A DNA stretch of 50,758 nt from a bacterium (lineage in GTDB: Bacteria; Bdellovibrionota_C; UBA2361; OMII01). Below, piece after piece: positions 9,646 to 19,590 of this stretch. Position 1 is the stretch's first letter; every line of letters begins with the position of its first letter. The notes beneath the pieces are model-generated. The model saw only the letters and a list, made by a program, of their open reading frames with translations, made no database searches and was not told the origin of the DNA. The stretch covers positions 1-50,758 of the forward strand of contig JAFMJG010000003.1 in assembly GCA_017853605.1 (NCBI GenBank). Direction: 5' to 3'. The translations under genes and the position numbers were made by a program.

Positions 9646-10557
9646 CTACTTTAGGGCCGCGAAACGGGCTTTCCGGGAAGCCGGGACATCCGTGGCCGGC
9701 GGAAAGGTAAAGTCGCTGTTTAGCTCCTCAATTCTGTCTGCCGGCCGTGGGTGAGTGGCAAACCACCCGTCGTGCTCACCCTTCGCGTGGGTCTCCAGGA
9801 TCGCCAGCACCCGCACCAAGGCATTCGGGTCGTAGCCTGCCCGCTGCAAGAGCTCTGCAGCATACAGGTCTGCCTCATACTCCTGGCTTCGGTCGAACCC
9901 CTTGGTCAAGAGGGTGTCCACCACGCCGGAGACACTTTCAGCAAATACTCCGGTGATCGGCCCAAGGTTGACGGGGCTCGAAACTTTGCTCGCCGCGATG
10001 GAGGCCCCAGCCTGCGAAGCCTCTGTCAGCGCCGAAAAGAGCTGAGCATTTGAGATTGCGTTTATTCCGTGGCGCTTCACGACATGAGCTATCTCATGTG
10101 CCAGGACAGCAGCCGTGGCGTCCTCATCGGGCAGCTCGGAGACAAAGGCCGAGGATATGTAGACGAAGCCTCCCGGGGCCGAGAACGCATTAATCTCGCG
10201 CGACTCAACAACCGCAAAACGGTACCCTGCAAAGGTCTCCGGCGTGTCAGACACGCTCACGAGGCTCATCCCGATCTCGTTAAGGTAACGGCTCGCCGGC
10301 GCGCTGCGGCGCGGCGGGAACTTTGCGAGGAGGCTCGCAGAGACAGCCCGACCCAGGTAGTACTCCTGCTCTGGAGTGAGATCCTCCTGGGACTTCACCA
10401 GGCCGGTGCCCGCTGACAGGAGCCCGTTGGCCTGATCCGTTGTGACGTACCCGGTGGAGGCAAGGACCCCCGCTCCCATCTGCTGCAGGCCCGGGTGCGA
10501 GCACCCGGTGCCAAGCACAAAGACCATCGCTGTGACTAGCCCTCTGCGTGACATCAC
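9646..10557 (-). CDS. M48 family Zn metalloprotease, lipoprotein
   Basis: Lipobox-like LGTGC; INAFSAPGG, VLAHEIAH, QEYEAD, FATHP motifs. Confidence 0.92.
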   Translation of the reverse strand: MMSRRGLVTAMVFVLGTGCSHPGLQQMGAGVLASTGYVTTDQANGLLSAGTGLVKSQEDLTPEQEYYLGRAVSASLLAKFPPRRSAPASRYLNEIGMSLVSVSDTPETFAGYRFAVVESREINAFSAPGGFVYISSAFVSELPDEDATAAVLAHEIAHVVKRHGINAISNAQLFSALTEASQAGASIAASKVSSPVNLGPITGVFAESVSGVVDTLLTKGFDRSQEYEADLYAAELLQRAGYDPNALVRVLAILETHAKGEHDGWFATHPRPADRIEELNSDFTFPPATDVPASRKARFAALK

Positions 10558-11009
10558 TTGCCGAGCCCTCCCTGCTTCATGAACTGCTGCACCTCTGCCG
10601 GCGAAACTCGCGAGCTCTGCTCTACGTAATCGACGAGGTCGTAGCGGGAGCCCGACGCTTCGGAGCGGTAGCGCTGCTCCACCTCCTTGCTGAAGCCCTT
10701 GCCAGCAAGAACCACCTCTGCCGAGTCCGCACGCACCTTAAGCAGCTCCGCGCTTGAGAGGACGATCTGGTCTTGCGACACCGCAGAGAGGGGCAGGTAC
10801 CCCTGTTTCGCGGCGAGCTGGACCTTAACCCAGCCCCCATCTTCTGAGAGCTTCTCAAGGCGCTCGCCGTAGCGCACCGGGCCGAGCGACTGCGCATAGA
10901 ATTTCGGCTGGGACCGAACCTGTGACTGCCGGACCTGCACCCAGATGGGCTCTGCGTGCGCCTGGGATGCGGCCAGCATGCAGATAGCCGCAACGATGCA
11001 TCTCTTCAT
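10554..11009 (-). CDS. secreted SH3b-like domain protein
   Basis: Signal peptide (AHA|EP); SH3b-like VRSQP...GWVKVQL...QGYL; LAGKGFSKEVE tail; 4-nt overlap with the M48 gene. Confidence 0.78.
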   Translation of the reverse strand: MKRCIVAAICMLAASQAHAEPIWVQVRQSQVRSQPKFYAQSLGPVRYGERLEKLSEDGGWVKVQLAAKQGYLPLSAVSQDQIVLSSAELLKVRADSAEVVLAGKGFSKEVEQRYRSEASGSRYDLVDYVEQSSRVSPAEVQQFMKQGGLGK

Positions 11010-11069
11010 GGTACCCCTCGTTCGTGGCGGTGCCCGATGGGCCCCGCACCCTACGGAGGGGAGTATAGC

Positions 11070-12419
<1,350 letters not shown>

Positions 12420-12558
12420 CTAAACGCGCCATGTATAGCGGATTATCCAACTATTTGAAATAATTCCCGGGGTGATCTACGGTCGGGAGGGCTCGCTGTG
12501 CGCGAGCGGCTCATAACCGGTTTTGTAGGCAAAACAACAACTTCTGCAAGCCACAGCG

Positions 12559-13899
12559 ATGTCAACTCCCGCCCCAACCTTCAACAAGCTGGCCGAAGCC
12601 CTGAACATCCCAACCCTCGCCACCGCCCTGCCCCAGATTGCGATGCTGGGCATCGAATGTCTCGACAACGCCTGCGCCAAGCGCGGCGGCCCGGCCTGTG
12701 CCTGGGACTCAAGCCAGATTCCCCTGCCAGATCCCGCTGAGGAGGAGCAGCCGCACCCGTGCGTGCTGATTGACGTCGGCGGCACCCAGACAAAGGTTGG
12801 ATTTCAAAACGGGGATGGGGAGCTGCGCAGCCTCTTTGATCACCCTAACACCTGGTTCAAGAGAGAGGCTGCTGCAGGCGACGCCCCTCTTGAGGGCTTC
12901 CTCGCGACGCTTATCGCTGAGATCCAACGCGCCCTCCCTGGTGTTGAGCAGGGGTGTAGGCTGGGGCTCATCTGGTCTAACCAAGTGCTGTGCGTCCCGA
13001 TAGAGACTCCCCATACGCGCGGCGTTTCGGGGATAGTGCAGGGCACCAAGAGCGGCGGATACCGCAAGGGCGAGTGGTTTCTGCAGGGCGTCCGAGACGG
13101 TGACGACGTCGGCGCCCTCTTCCTGCGGGCGCTCGGCAAGGTTGGCTGGCGGCCCTCTGTGTTTCTGCTGGGGAACGACACTGTTTTTACGCTCTTTGCC
13201 ATCTCTCACTCAACGGCCGGAGTTGTCATGTCCTCGGGGGGCAACTGCACCGCGATCGGCGAGGCGGGAGGGGAGAAGGGCCACATCATCAACACCGAAC
13301 TTGGCGGGCACCTAAAAATTCCAGGCTCGCTGCTCTCTGATGGCGACCGGTTCTTCGCCGAGTCTCGTGGAGTCTCCTCGCTCTCGCTCGAAGAGCTGGC
13401 TGCTGGCACATGGTTTCCGGGGCTCGTGTATGCCCACGTGTGTGCCGCGGCCCAGATACCCGAGGGCGAGGGTCTCGTGCCGCTGCGCGATGCGCTCGTG
13501 TCCGGCGAAGTGACGCTCAATAACCGCATGCTCGTGGCCTCTCTGTGTGAAGCAAGCCCGGACAGGGTGCCCACGGCTATTCTGGATGCCGGCAGCCTCT
13601 TTACAGAGCTGCTGACCGCCCTCGTGCTTCGTGGAGGCAGCCTTGCGGGTGTCCTCTGCTACCTCTCTGTTGCCTCCCAGCTGGCCAATCCTATTCGGCC
13701 CGTTGTTGTCGCTCTCGACAGCTCGATGTCGCGGCACTTTCCGGGCTTTTATGATGCGGCAACGAGCGCATTCAGGTTGCTGTGCGCAGGCAAGGCTGCG
13801 GAGGTTCACCTCGTTCGCCCCCTCGAAACCCGAGGGGGGAGCGACATCTCTGTCCCGATGCAGGGCATGGCTCGCGCGCTCAACACCTTTTGTCCCTAG
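12559..13899 (+). CDS. eukaryote-type hexokinase family protein (divergent)
   Basis: Motifs in canonical order: IDVGGT, LGLIWS, GNDTVFTL, VVMSSGGN, IINTELG, LEELAAG.WFP, VALDSSM..HFPGF. Confidence 0.72.
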   Translation: MSTPAPTFNKLAEALNIPTLATALPQIAMLGIECLDNACAKRGGPACAWDSSQIPLPDPAEEEQPHPCVLIDVGGTQTKVGFQNGDGELRSLFDHPNTWFKREAAAGDAPLEGFLATLIAEIQRALPGVEQGCRLGLIWSNQVLCVPIETPHTRGVSGIVQGTKSGGYRKGEWFLQGVRDGDDVGALFLRALGKVGWRPSVFLLGNDTVFTLFAISHSTAGVVMSSGGNCTAIGEAGGEKGHIINTELGGHLKIPGSLLSDGDRFFAESRGVSSLSLEELAAGTWFPGLVYAHVCAAAQIPEGEGLVPLRDALVSGEVTLNNRMLVASLCEASPDRVPTAILDAGSLFTELLTALVLRGGSLAGVLCYLSVASQLANPIRPVVVALDSSMSRHFPGFYDAATSAFRLLCAGKAAEVHLVRPLETRGGSDISVPMQGMARALNTFCP

Positions 13900-14015
13900 C
13901 CTCATTCTCCCGGCACCGGGCTGTGCCACTTGGGCTCCCGCCGTGGCGACTGCTGGCCCTTGCCCGCCCAGCGGTTGCGGTGTAACGATTCAAGGGCCGG
14001 ATCACGGAGGCTGCC

Positions 14016-14816
14016 ATCGAAGTCATTATCAGCAAAACTGCCGAAACGGCGAGCGCCCTCGTGGCAGAGCTTATCGCCGCAACCGTTCGCTCAAAGCCTC
14101 GCGCCGTCTTGGGCCTCGCGACGGGCCGAACACCAGAGACTGTGTACAAAATTTTGGGCGAGAAGCACCGAATTGAGGGGCTCGATTTCTCGCGCACGGT
14201 CACCTTTAACCTCGATGAGTACATCGGCATCCCTGCGGAGGATCCTCGCTCCTACCGAGGCACTATGGAGGAATCCCTCTTTCGCCACGTCAACATCAAG
14301 CCGGGCAACACACACCTACCGGACGGCATGGCTGTTGATCTCGACGCCGAGTGCCGGCGCTATGAGGAGAAGATCGCCGCAGCCGGAGGGATCGACCTGC
14401 AGCTGCTCGGCATCGGCCTCAACGGCCACCTGGCATTCAACGAGCCGCTTTCTTCGCTGACCTCAAGAACGAGGACGAAATCGCTGACTCCGGAAACGCG
14501 CGCGCAAAATGCCACCTTCTTCGGCGGGGCAGAGAATGTCCCGTCGCGCGCAATAACGATGGGGGTTGGAACGATCCTTGAGAGCCGGTGGTGCATTATG
14601 CTCGCTACTGGCGAGTCCAAGGCCGGAATACTGAGGGAAGCGATCGAGGGGCCCGTGCGCTCGGTGGTGACAGCGAGCGCGCTGCAGATGCACCAGCGCT
14701 GCACCGTCGTTGTTGATGAGCTCGCCGCAGCCCGGCTTGAGCACAAAGAGTACTACCGCTGGGTGTTTCAGAATGAGCCGGAGTGGCTGCCCTTTAGGCC
14801 GATCCTGTCTCGCTAG
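14016..14816 (+). CDS. nagB: glucosamine-6-phosphate deaminase
   Basis: VLGLATGRTP, TFNLDEYIG, GGIDLQLLGIGLNGHLAFNEP, AITMGVGTI. Frame extended to ATC 14016 (GGAGG 5 nt upstream, reads xEVII); first canonical start is GTG 14061. Confidence 0.95.
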   Translation: MEVIISKTAETASALVAELIAATVRSKPRAVLGLATGRTPETVYKILGEKHRIEGLDFSRTVTFNLDEYIGIPAEDPRSYRGTMEESLFRHVNIKPGNTHLPDGMAVDLDAECRRYEEKIAAAGGIDLQLLGIGLNGHLAFNEPLSSLTSRTRTKSLTPETRAQNATFFGGAENVPSRAITMGVGTILESRWCIMLATGESKAGILREAIEGPVRSVVTASALQMHQRCTVVVDELAAARLEHKEYYRWVFQNEPEWLPFRPILSR

Positions 14817-14934
14817 GCAGAACGGCGTTAACACACAGAGCGTTATGACTAATTTCGGTATTGTTCCGGGGGATGGGGCTGAGATAGCCTCTCTGACGGG
14901 TAATCAATCCCATTATTCAATAAGGAAAGAGAAG

Positions 14935-15600
14935 ATGAAGAAGATACTGTCTTTGTTCACGCTTGCTGTAGCATTCAGCGCTACCGCAGCTTCCGCTGAT
15001 CCGCTCATGAAGTATAACTTCTTGGATGTCGCCTACCAGTGGAATGACTCCAAGGGTTATGGGCCGGTTACGCCGACTAACGGCATCGATACCCGCCTCT
15101 CTATCAGCCCTTTTGAGTACTTCGCTCTCGAAGGCGGCTACAACTACTCCCAGGGCGACTTCTCACAGACCGCCCAGAATGAGGTGGCCCCTATTTCGCT
15201 CGGAAGCATTAACTACAACACCTGGACGTACGGAGCTCTCGGCTACTACCACATCTGCCCAGGGTTCGACATCCTTGGCCGTGTGGGTGGCGCTCACTAC
15301 AACGTGAACAGCTCCGCTTCAGTTGACGTTGAGGACATCAACTTCAGCGAGGACTACACGCTGGTTGGCAAGGATCGCGTGTACGCTGGTGTAGGAACTC
15401 GTTACCTGCTCCTCGACGACGTGGAAGTTGACGCTAACATCCTGTACCAGAACGGCAATGCGGCTAAGGACACTGCCGTATGGTCGTACTCTGGCACCGC
15501 CCTCTACACCATCCTCGACAACGTAGCCCTCAAGGCTGACGCGGGCATCGACAGCGACTCAGCTGTTACGCTCGGAGCTGGTGTGCGCTTGGCGATGTAA
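14935..15600 (+). CDS. small outer-membrane beta-barrel protein
   Basis: Signal peptide MKKILSLFTLAVAFSATAASA, alternating amphipathic strands, ends GAGVRLAM; AAGGA RBS; own terminator. Confidence 0.8.
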   Translation: MKKILSLFTLAVAFSATAASADPLMKYNFLDVAYQWNDSKGYGPVTPTNGIDTRLSISPFEYFALEGGYNYSQGDFSQTAQNEVAPISLGSINYNTWTYGALGYYHICPGFDILGRVGGAHYNVNSSASVDVEDINFSEDYTLVGKDRVYAGVGTRYLLLDDVEVDANILYQNGNAAKDTAVWSYSGTALYTILDNVALKADAGIDSDSAVTLGAGVRLAM

Positions 15601-15624
15601 TCGAGCTGATTACTGCCAATCCGG

Positions 15625-15657
15625 AAAGCGCCTCCCGAAAGGGGGGCGCTTTTTTTT
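15625..15657 (+). terminator. rho-independent terminator
   Basis: AAAGCGCCTCCC-GAAA-GGGGGGCGCTTT stem-loop running into a T8 tract, 24 nt after the OMP stop. Confidence 0.92.
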
Positions 15658-15852
15658 GCCGTAGCGGCGGCAAGAGAGGGAGCGATGGCTAAATCTCTGC
15701 GGGAGACTCGGGCTCTCGGCCAGATACCAATGCCGCGCTGCAACCCGAACACACCCAGGCCCACCGCAGCTGCCCAAACAGGGCGGGATGCCTTTAGGAA
15801 CGCACGGACGGGATCGCAGGCTCGCCTGCACCCCGCTCCTGTGCCGCCTTGC

Positions 15853-18800
15853 CTAGTCTACTGTCCAAACCTTGCCTTCACTGTTGAGGAACATCTTTTT
15901 CATCTCGTCGAGGGTGAAGGGCCGGGAGCCGAGGCGCCCTAGGACGCTTACCTGGTTGCCGGTCTCGTCAACCGCACGATCACGATCGAGGGGCTTTGAG
16001 ATCGCGAGTGCCGGTCCGGCCATCTGCTTGCGCGCGATCACGATCGGCCTGACTGGGGGAGAGAATCCGTAGAACCCAGGAACCCGGTCCGGGTCGGTAA
16101 GCTGGATGACAACGAGCCCGTTTCTTCCGTCAGCAACGTAAGCAAAGAGACTCGCGTTGGTGCTCGCTACTTTGACGTCGTGCGTGTCGTTGAGCCTGCC
16201 TCCATCCGTAAACTTCTCGTGCACGAAGGGGGATTCCGGCCTCTCAATGTCGACTATCACAAGCCCCTCGGCCCCGCCGGCGACATACGCGTACGTGCGC
16301 GCCACGTAGAGATTTCTGGCGTCAGCGAGGGGGACCGAAGCCGCCGGGACAACTCTTGGCGCTGAAGGATGGGTGATGTCGATGACGTGGAAGCCCTCTT
16401 CATCGGTCATAAAGGCGTAGCGGAACTGGATGGCGACCGCCGAAGGGCGTTTCGCCGGCCACGCTGCCTCCACCCGAGGCTCAAGAGGGTCATCGATGTT
16501 TAGGACAACCACTTTGTCCTCGGTGCCAATAAAGGCACGCGCGCCTGCGAGGGTGATACACCGGGCTCCTGTGAGAATGCCGTCCTTGTTCCAGGTCAGC
16601 TCCCGCTCCAGGAAGTTGTTGCGGGGCTCCCCATCCTGCAGGGTATCGACATTGACAACGATCAGCCCCTCCTCGCTGTCTGAGATGAATGCGTAGTGGT
16701 AGATCGGGTGCATCGGCGCCTCAAGGTTCTCAGGGAGCTGCTTCTTGAACGGCGCTACAGGCATGGTGGTGGGAAGCGCGACACCGGTCGCATTTTCGCT
16801 TGCAACGTGCGTGTCCTGCCCAAGCGGAGAGACAGGGCTGGTCACGATGCGCTCCGAAAATCCCTTGTTCGCGATGTTTGCGATGTCGTACACCCGGAAA
16901 CCGTCCGAGCCAGCCGCCGTGTAGAGGTACTCCCCGCGCATCTGTATCGAGCGCGTGCTGCCCCCGGCTCCGTGGTGGCGGTGGCTCTCCTCAAGCTCCA
17001 TCCCACGCTCCCGGTGGGCCTTGTAGTAGTCAGGGTAGGCGTAGCGGTGCAGGTAGCTTCCGATAACTGCCTGTGGCTCGTCCCACTCGGTCACCTGGAC
17101 GGCCTCAAGCCCCTCCTCGCCGGCCGCAACCCAGGCGTAGTGACCCATAAAGTTGACGAAGTTTGTTCCGAGCAGCAGGAGCTGGGCCATGATGGCGTTG
17201 TTGTCGTTCTCCTTCGACACATGGCAGTCCTTGCATTCCTTGGTCTCGCGGGTGCGGACGGTGTGCGGAAAGTGCGGCGCGAAGGCCTGCGAGCTGTGCC
17301 CGCTCCCCGAGGTCGGCGGCTGCTGGATGTAGATCTTTTGGCGATTGGTGTCGGTTGAGCTCAACATCAGGGCGCTGGATGAGCGGACCGGAACGATCTT
17401 GCCGTTCTTGGCCGGGCCATGGCGGCCGAGCTGGTACATATCGTCTCGCGCAACCTGAGGGTTGTAGGTAGCCCAGTTGCGCGTGACCTTTCCTTCGTAG
17501 TGCTTGGTACGGCTCTTCCAGTTTGCCTGAATCGGCAGGTGGCACCCGCCACAGGCCGTTGTCCACGAGCTGTGGCAGGCGAAGCACGACATGTCGCCAT
17601 TAGGGTGCGCAAGCTTCTCGTTGGCGTTGGGCTGCGCGGCCTCCCTGCTCGACGCGAACGAGTACGTGACCGCGCCATCCTCAAGCTTCTTTACCAGCTT
17701 GGCCCGGGCTGACTTGCGGTTGTAGTCGCTGCTCCCGGGGTTAATTGAGTCCACTACCTGCTTGACCCGCCACTCGAGCCCCTTGGTGACCATCGAGCGC
17801 TGCATGAGCTGGTCGCCCTTCCAGACAAAGAGCCGCTCGCCCCATGGTGTGCGCTTGAGGGAGAGATCCTCGCCCCCCTCTGGGGCCGCTGGTCCAGAGG
17901 TGCGGAGCGTTGCCCGCCTAGAGACGTCACCATGGCAGTCTTCGCACCCGATCTGGACAGCCTGTGCCACCTCTCCGTATATATTGCCGTCCCCGTGCAC
18001 ATCCTGAGCGAAGTGGCAGTCAGAGCACTGCATCCCGAAGTCCACGTGTATGTCCTGAAGGTGAACCGCCCTCTTGAACTTCTCGGGATCGTCAAACGGG
18101 ACGATCTTGCCATCCTTGTCGAGCAGATGGCCTTTGCGGTCGCGCTTGAACACCGCCCGGAAGTTCCAGCCGTGGCCGTGGTAGTCAGCAAACTGGGTCG
18201 TCTTGAGCTTCGGGTTGAGGTCGGCAACCCTCCTGAGGAAATCAATGTCAGTCCACTTGCCGCGTATCGCAGCCTCCTCGGGATTGTGGCTGATAGAGGT
18301 GAAGGCCTCCTCATCCGTTGGGTAGCGCTGCTTTTCAGGCCACATCGCCGGCGCGTCTGCCTCGTAGTCCCACATGGTGTAGCCAACGTACGTGTTGAGG
18401 AACATGTTAGGCTGGTGCATGTGGCACACCATGCACTGGCTCGTCGGGATCGCCCGAGTAAAGACGTGCTTCAGCGGGTGCCCCTCCTCGTTCTTGGGTA
18501 TCGTGGGATCAACGGAAACCGACTTTCCGTCATGCCCATACTTCGCGTACGGCCCCGAGTGGGCAGGCGCCCGGTCATTTGCGTACACCGCGTGACACGC
18601 CGTGCACCCGCTGCTTCGGTAGTCTCCGGGGTGATCGTTGGTGCCGAGGAAGCTTAAGTGGGGATCATTGAGGCGGGTCTTGTGAATGTTGAGGAGCGGC
18701 ACGGCTATGCGCGCGCCAGTGCCCGGGCCGCGATTTGAGGCCTTCACGTCCGGCTTGCCGGAGTCCTCGAGGGGGTTGGGAACGCCGATGTCGGAGAACT

Positions 18801-19590
18801 GGCTACGAATAAAGATGCCGCCCCGCTCAAAGACGCGAAAGATGTCGGCCGGCGCAAATACCTCCCAGGTGGGCAGCGGCAAGAGCTTTCCAAGCGCCCC
18901 GCGCGCCCGCATCTGCGGGGTGAGAGGGCGATGATGGTCATGCAAGATTGATGCAGGCTCGCCCTGCTGCGTGTACGCCTCGCCGAGCAGGTAGACCTTG
19001 TTCGGGAGCAGCCCATTATTGTAGGCGGCCCCGCCAAACAGCATCGCCGACGTTGTCATGAGGCTCTTCTTGACGGCAGTGGTGATCTGCGAGTGGCACC
19101 CTCCGCACGCCTGGGGCGCGGCACGAAGGTCTCCGGGGTTGATGAATCGCGCGAAGTCCAGCGACTCCTTCGTGAGCTCAGTGTACGAGCCGCGCGGATT
19201 CGCCGATGTGGGCCACCATTCGGGGTGGCGCGGCTGCACGTGGGCCACCCTCTTGGCAGCTTCGTAGGCCACGCTGCCAGCTTTGAGGCCCTCCGCCCTC
19301 GCCGTGGGATCGCCCCCATGGCATTCAGCACATCCGATGTGAACCGCGGGGTTCTCGTGCATGGTGGGGGCGTCCGTCTTTGTGTGGCAATCGAGGCACC
19401 CGGTGCTGGACGACCTCATCACCTCGGGGCTTCCCCAGGGCTGAAGCACATTCTCGTACGGGTCCTCCGCGCCCGCCTGTTGCACGACTGCGGCAAGCTG
19501 GCAAGCAAGGGCGAGCACAACGGGAGCAACCGCTGCCCTGCTCCAACTTCCTAGCCGTGATCCCTCCTGTTTCGCCATCCTGTGCACCAT
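15853..19590 (-). CDS. secreted decaheme c-type cytochrome with C-terminal LVIVD-repeat beta-propeller
   Basis: Signal peptide; ten CXXCH motifs (CLDCH, CAECH, CGGCH, CTACH, CMVCH, CSDCH, CEDCH, CFACH, CGGCH, CKDCH); repeats FRVYDI, LIVVNV, FHVIDI, LVIVDI; start overlaps the upstream stop (TAATG). Confidence 0.9.
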   Translation of the reverse strand: MVHRMAKQEGSRLGSWSRAAVAPVVLALACQLAAVVQQAGAEDPYENVLQPWGSPEVMRSSSTGCLDCHTKTDAPTMHENPAVHIGCAECHGGDPTARAEGLKAGSVAYEAAKRVAHVQPRHPEWWPTSANPRGSYTELTKESLDFARFINPGDLRAAPQACGGCHSQITTAVKKSLMTTSAMLFGGAAYNNGLLPNKVYLLGEAYTQQGEPASILHDHHRPLTPQMRARGALGKLLPLPTWEVFAPADIFRVFERGGIFIRSQFSDIGVPNPLEDSGKPDVKASNRGPGTGARIAVPLLNIHKTRLNDPHLSFLGTNDHPGDYRSSGCTACHAVYANDRAPAHSGPYAKYGHDGKSVSVDPTIPKNEEGHPLKHVFTRAIPTSQCMVCHMHQPNMFLNTYVGYTMWDYEADAPAMWPEKQRYPTDEEAFTSISHNPEEAAIRGKWTDIDFLRRVADLNPKLKTTQFADYHGHGWNFRAVFKRDRKGHLLDKDGKIVPFDDPEKFKRAVHLQDIHVDFGMQCSDCHFAQDVHGDGNIYGEVAQAVQIGCEDCHGDVSRRATLRTSGPAAPEGGEDLSLKRTPWGERLFVWKGDQLMQRSMVTKGLEWRVKQVVDSINPGSSDYNRKSARAKLVKKLEDGAVTYSFASSREAAQPNANEKLAHPNGDMSCFACHSSWTTACGGCHLPIQANWKSRTKHYEGKVTRNWATYNPQVARDDMYQLGRHGPAKNGKIVPVRSSSALMLSSTDTNRQKIYIQQPPTSGSGHSSQAFAPHFPHTVRTRETKECKDCHVSKENDNNAIMAQLLLLGTNFVNFMGHYAWVAAGEEGLEAVQVTEWDEPQAVIGSYLHRYAYPDYYKAHRERGMELEESHRHHGAGGSTRSIQMRGEYLYTAAGSDGFRVYDIANIANKGFSERIVTSPVSPLGQDTHVASENATGVALPTTMPVAPFKKQLPENLEAPMHPIYHYAFISDSEEGLIVVNVDTLQDGEPRNNFLERELTWNKDGILTGARCITLAGARAFIGTEDKVVVLNIDDPLEPRVEAAWPAKRPSAVAIQFRYAFMTDEEGFHVIDITHPSAPRVVPAASVPLADARNLYVARTYAYVAGGAEGLVIVDIERPESPFVHEKFTDGGRLNDTHDVKVASTNASLFAYVADGRNGLVVIQLTDPDRVPGFYGFSPPVRPIVIARKQMAGPALAISKPLDRDRAVDETGNQVSVLGRLGSRPFTLDEMKKMFLNSEGKVWTVD

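Noticed and set aside
14865-14915. GCTGAGA...CTGA...GTAAT upstream of the OMP, resembling a TPP riboswitch
   Set aside because: Spacing is too short, the P4/P5 and CG-AGG elements are missing, and the downstream gene is not clearly thiamine-related.
15685-15942. 85-aa plus-strand ORF with a purine-rich RBS after the terminator
   Set aside because: Overlaps the cytochrome 3' end on the opposite strand and has no motif; probably spurious.
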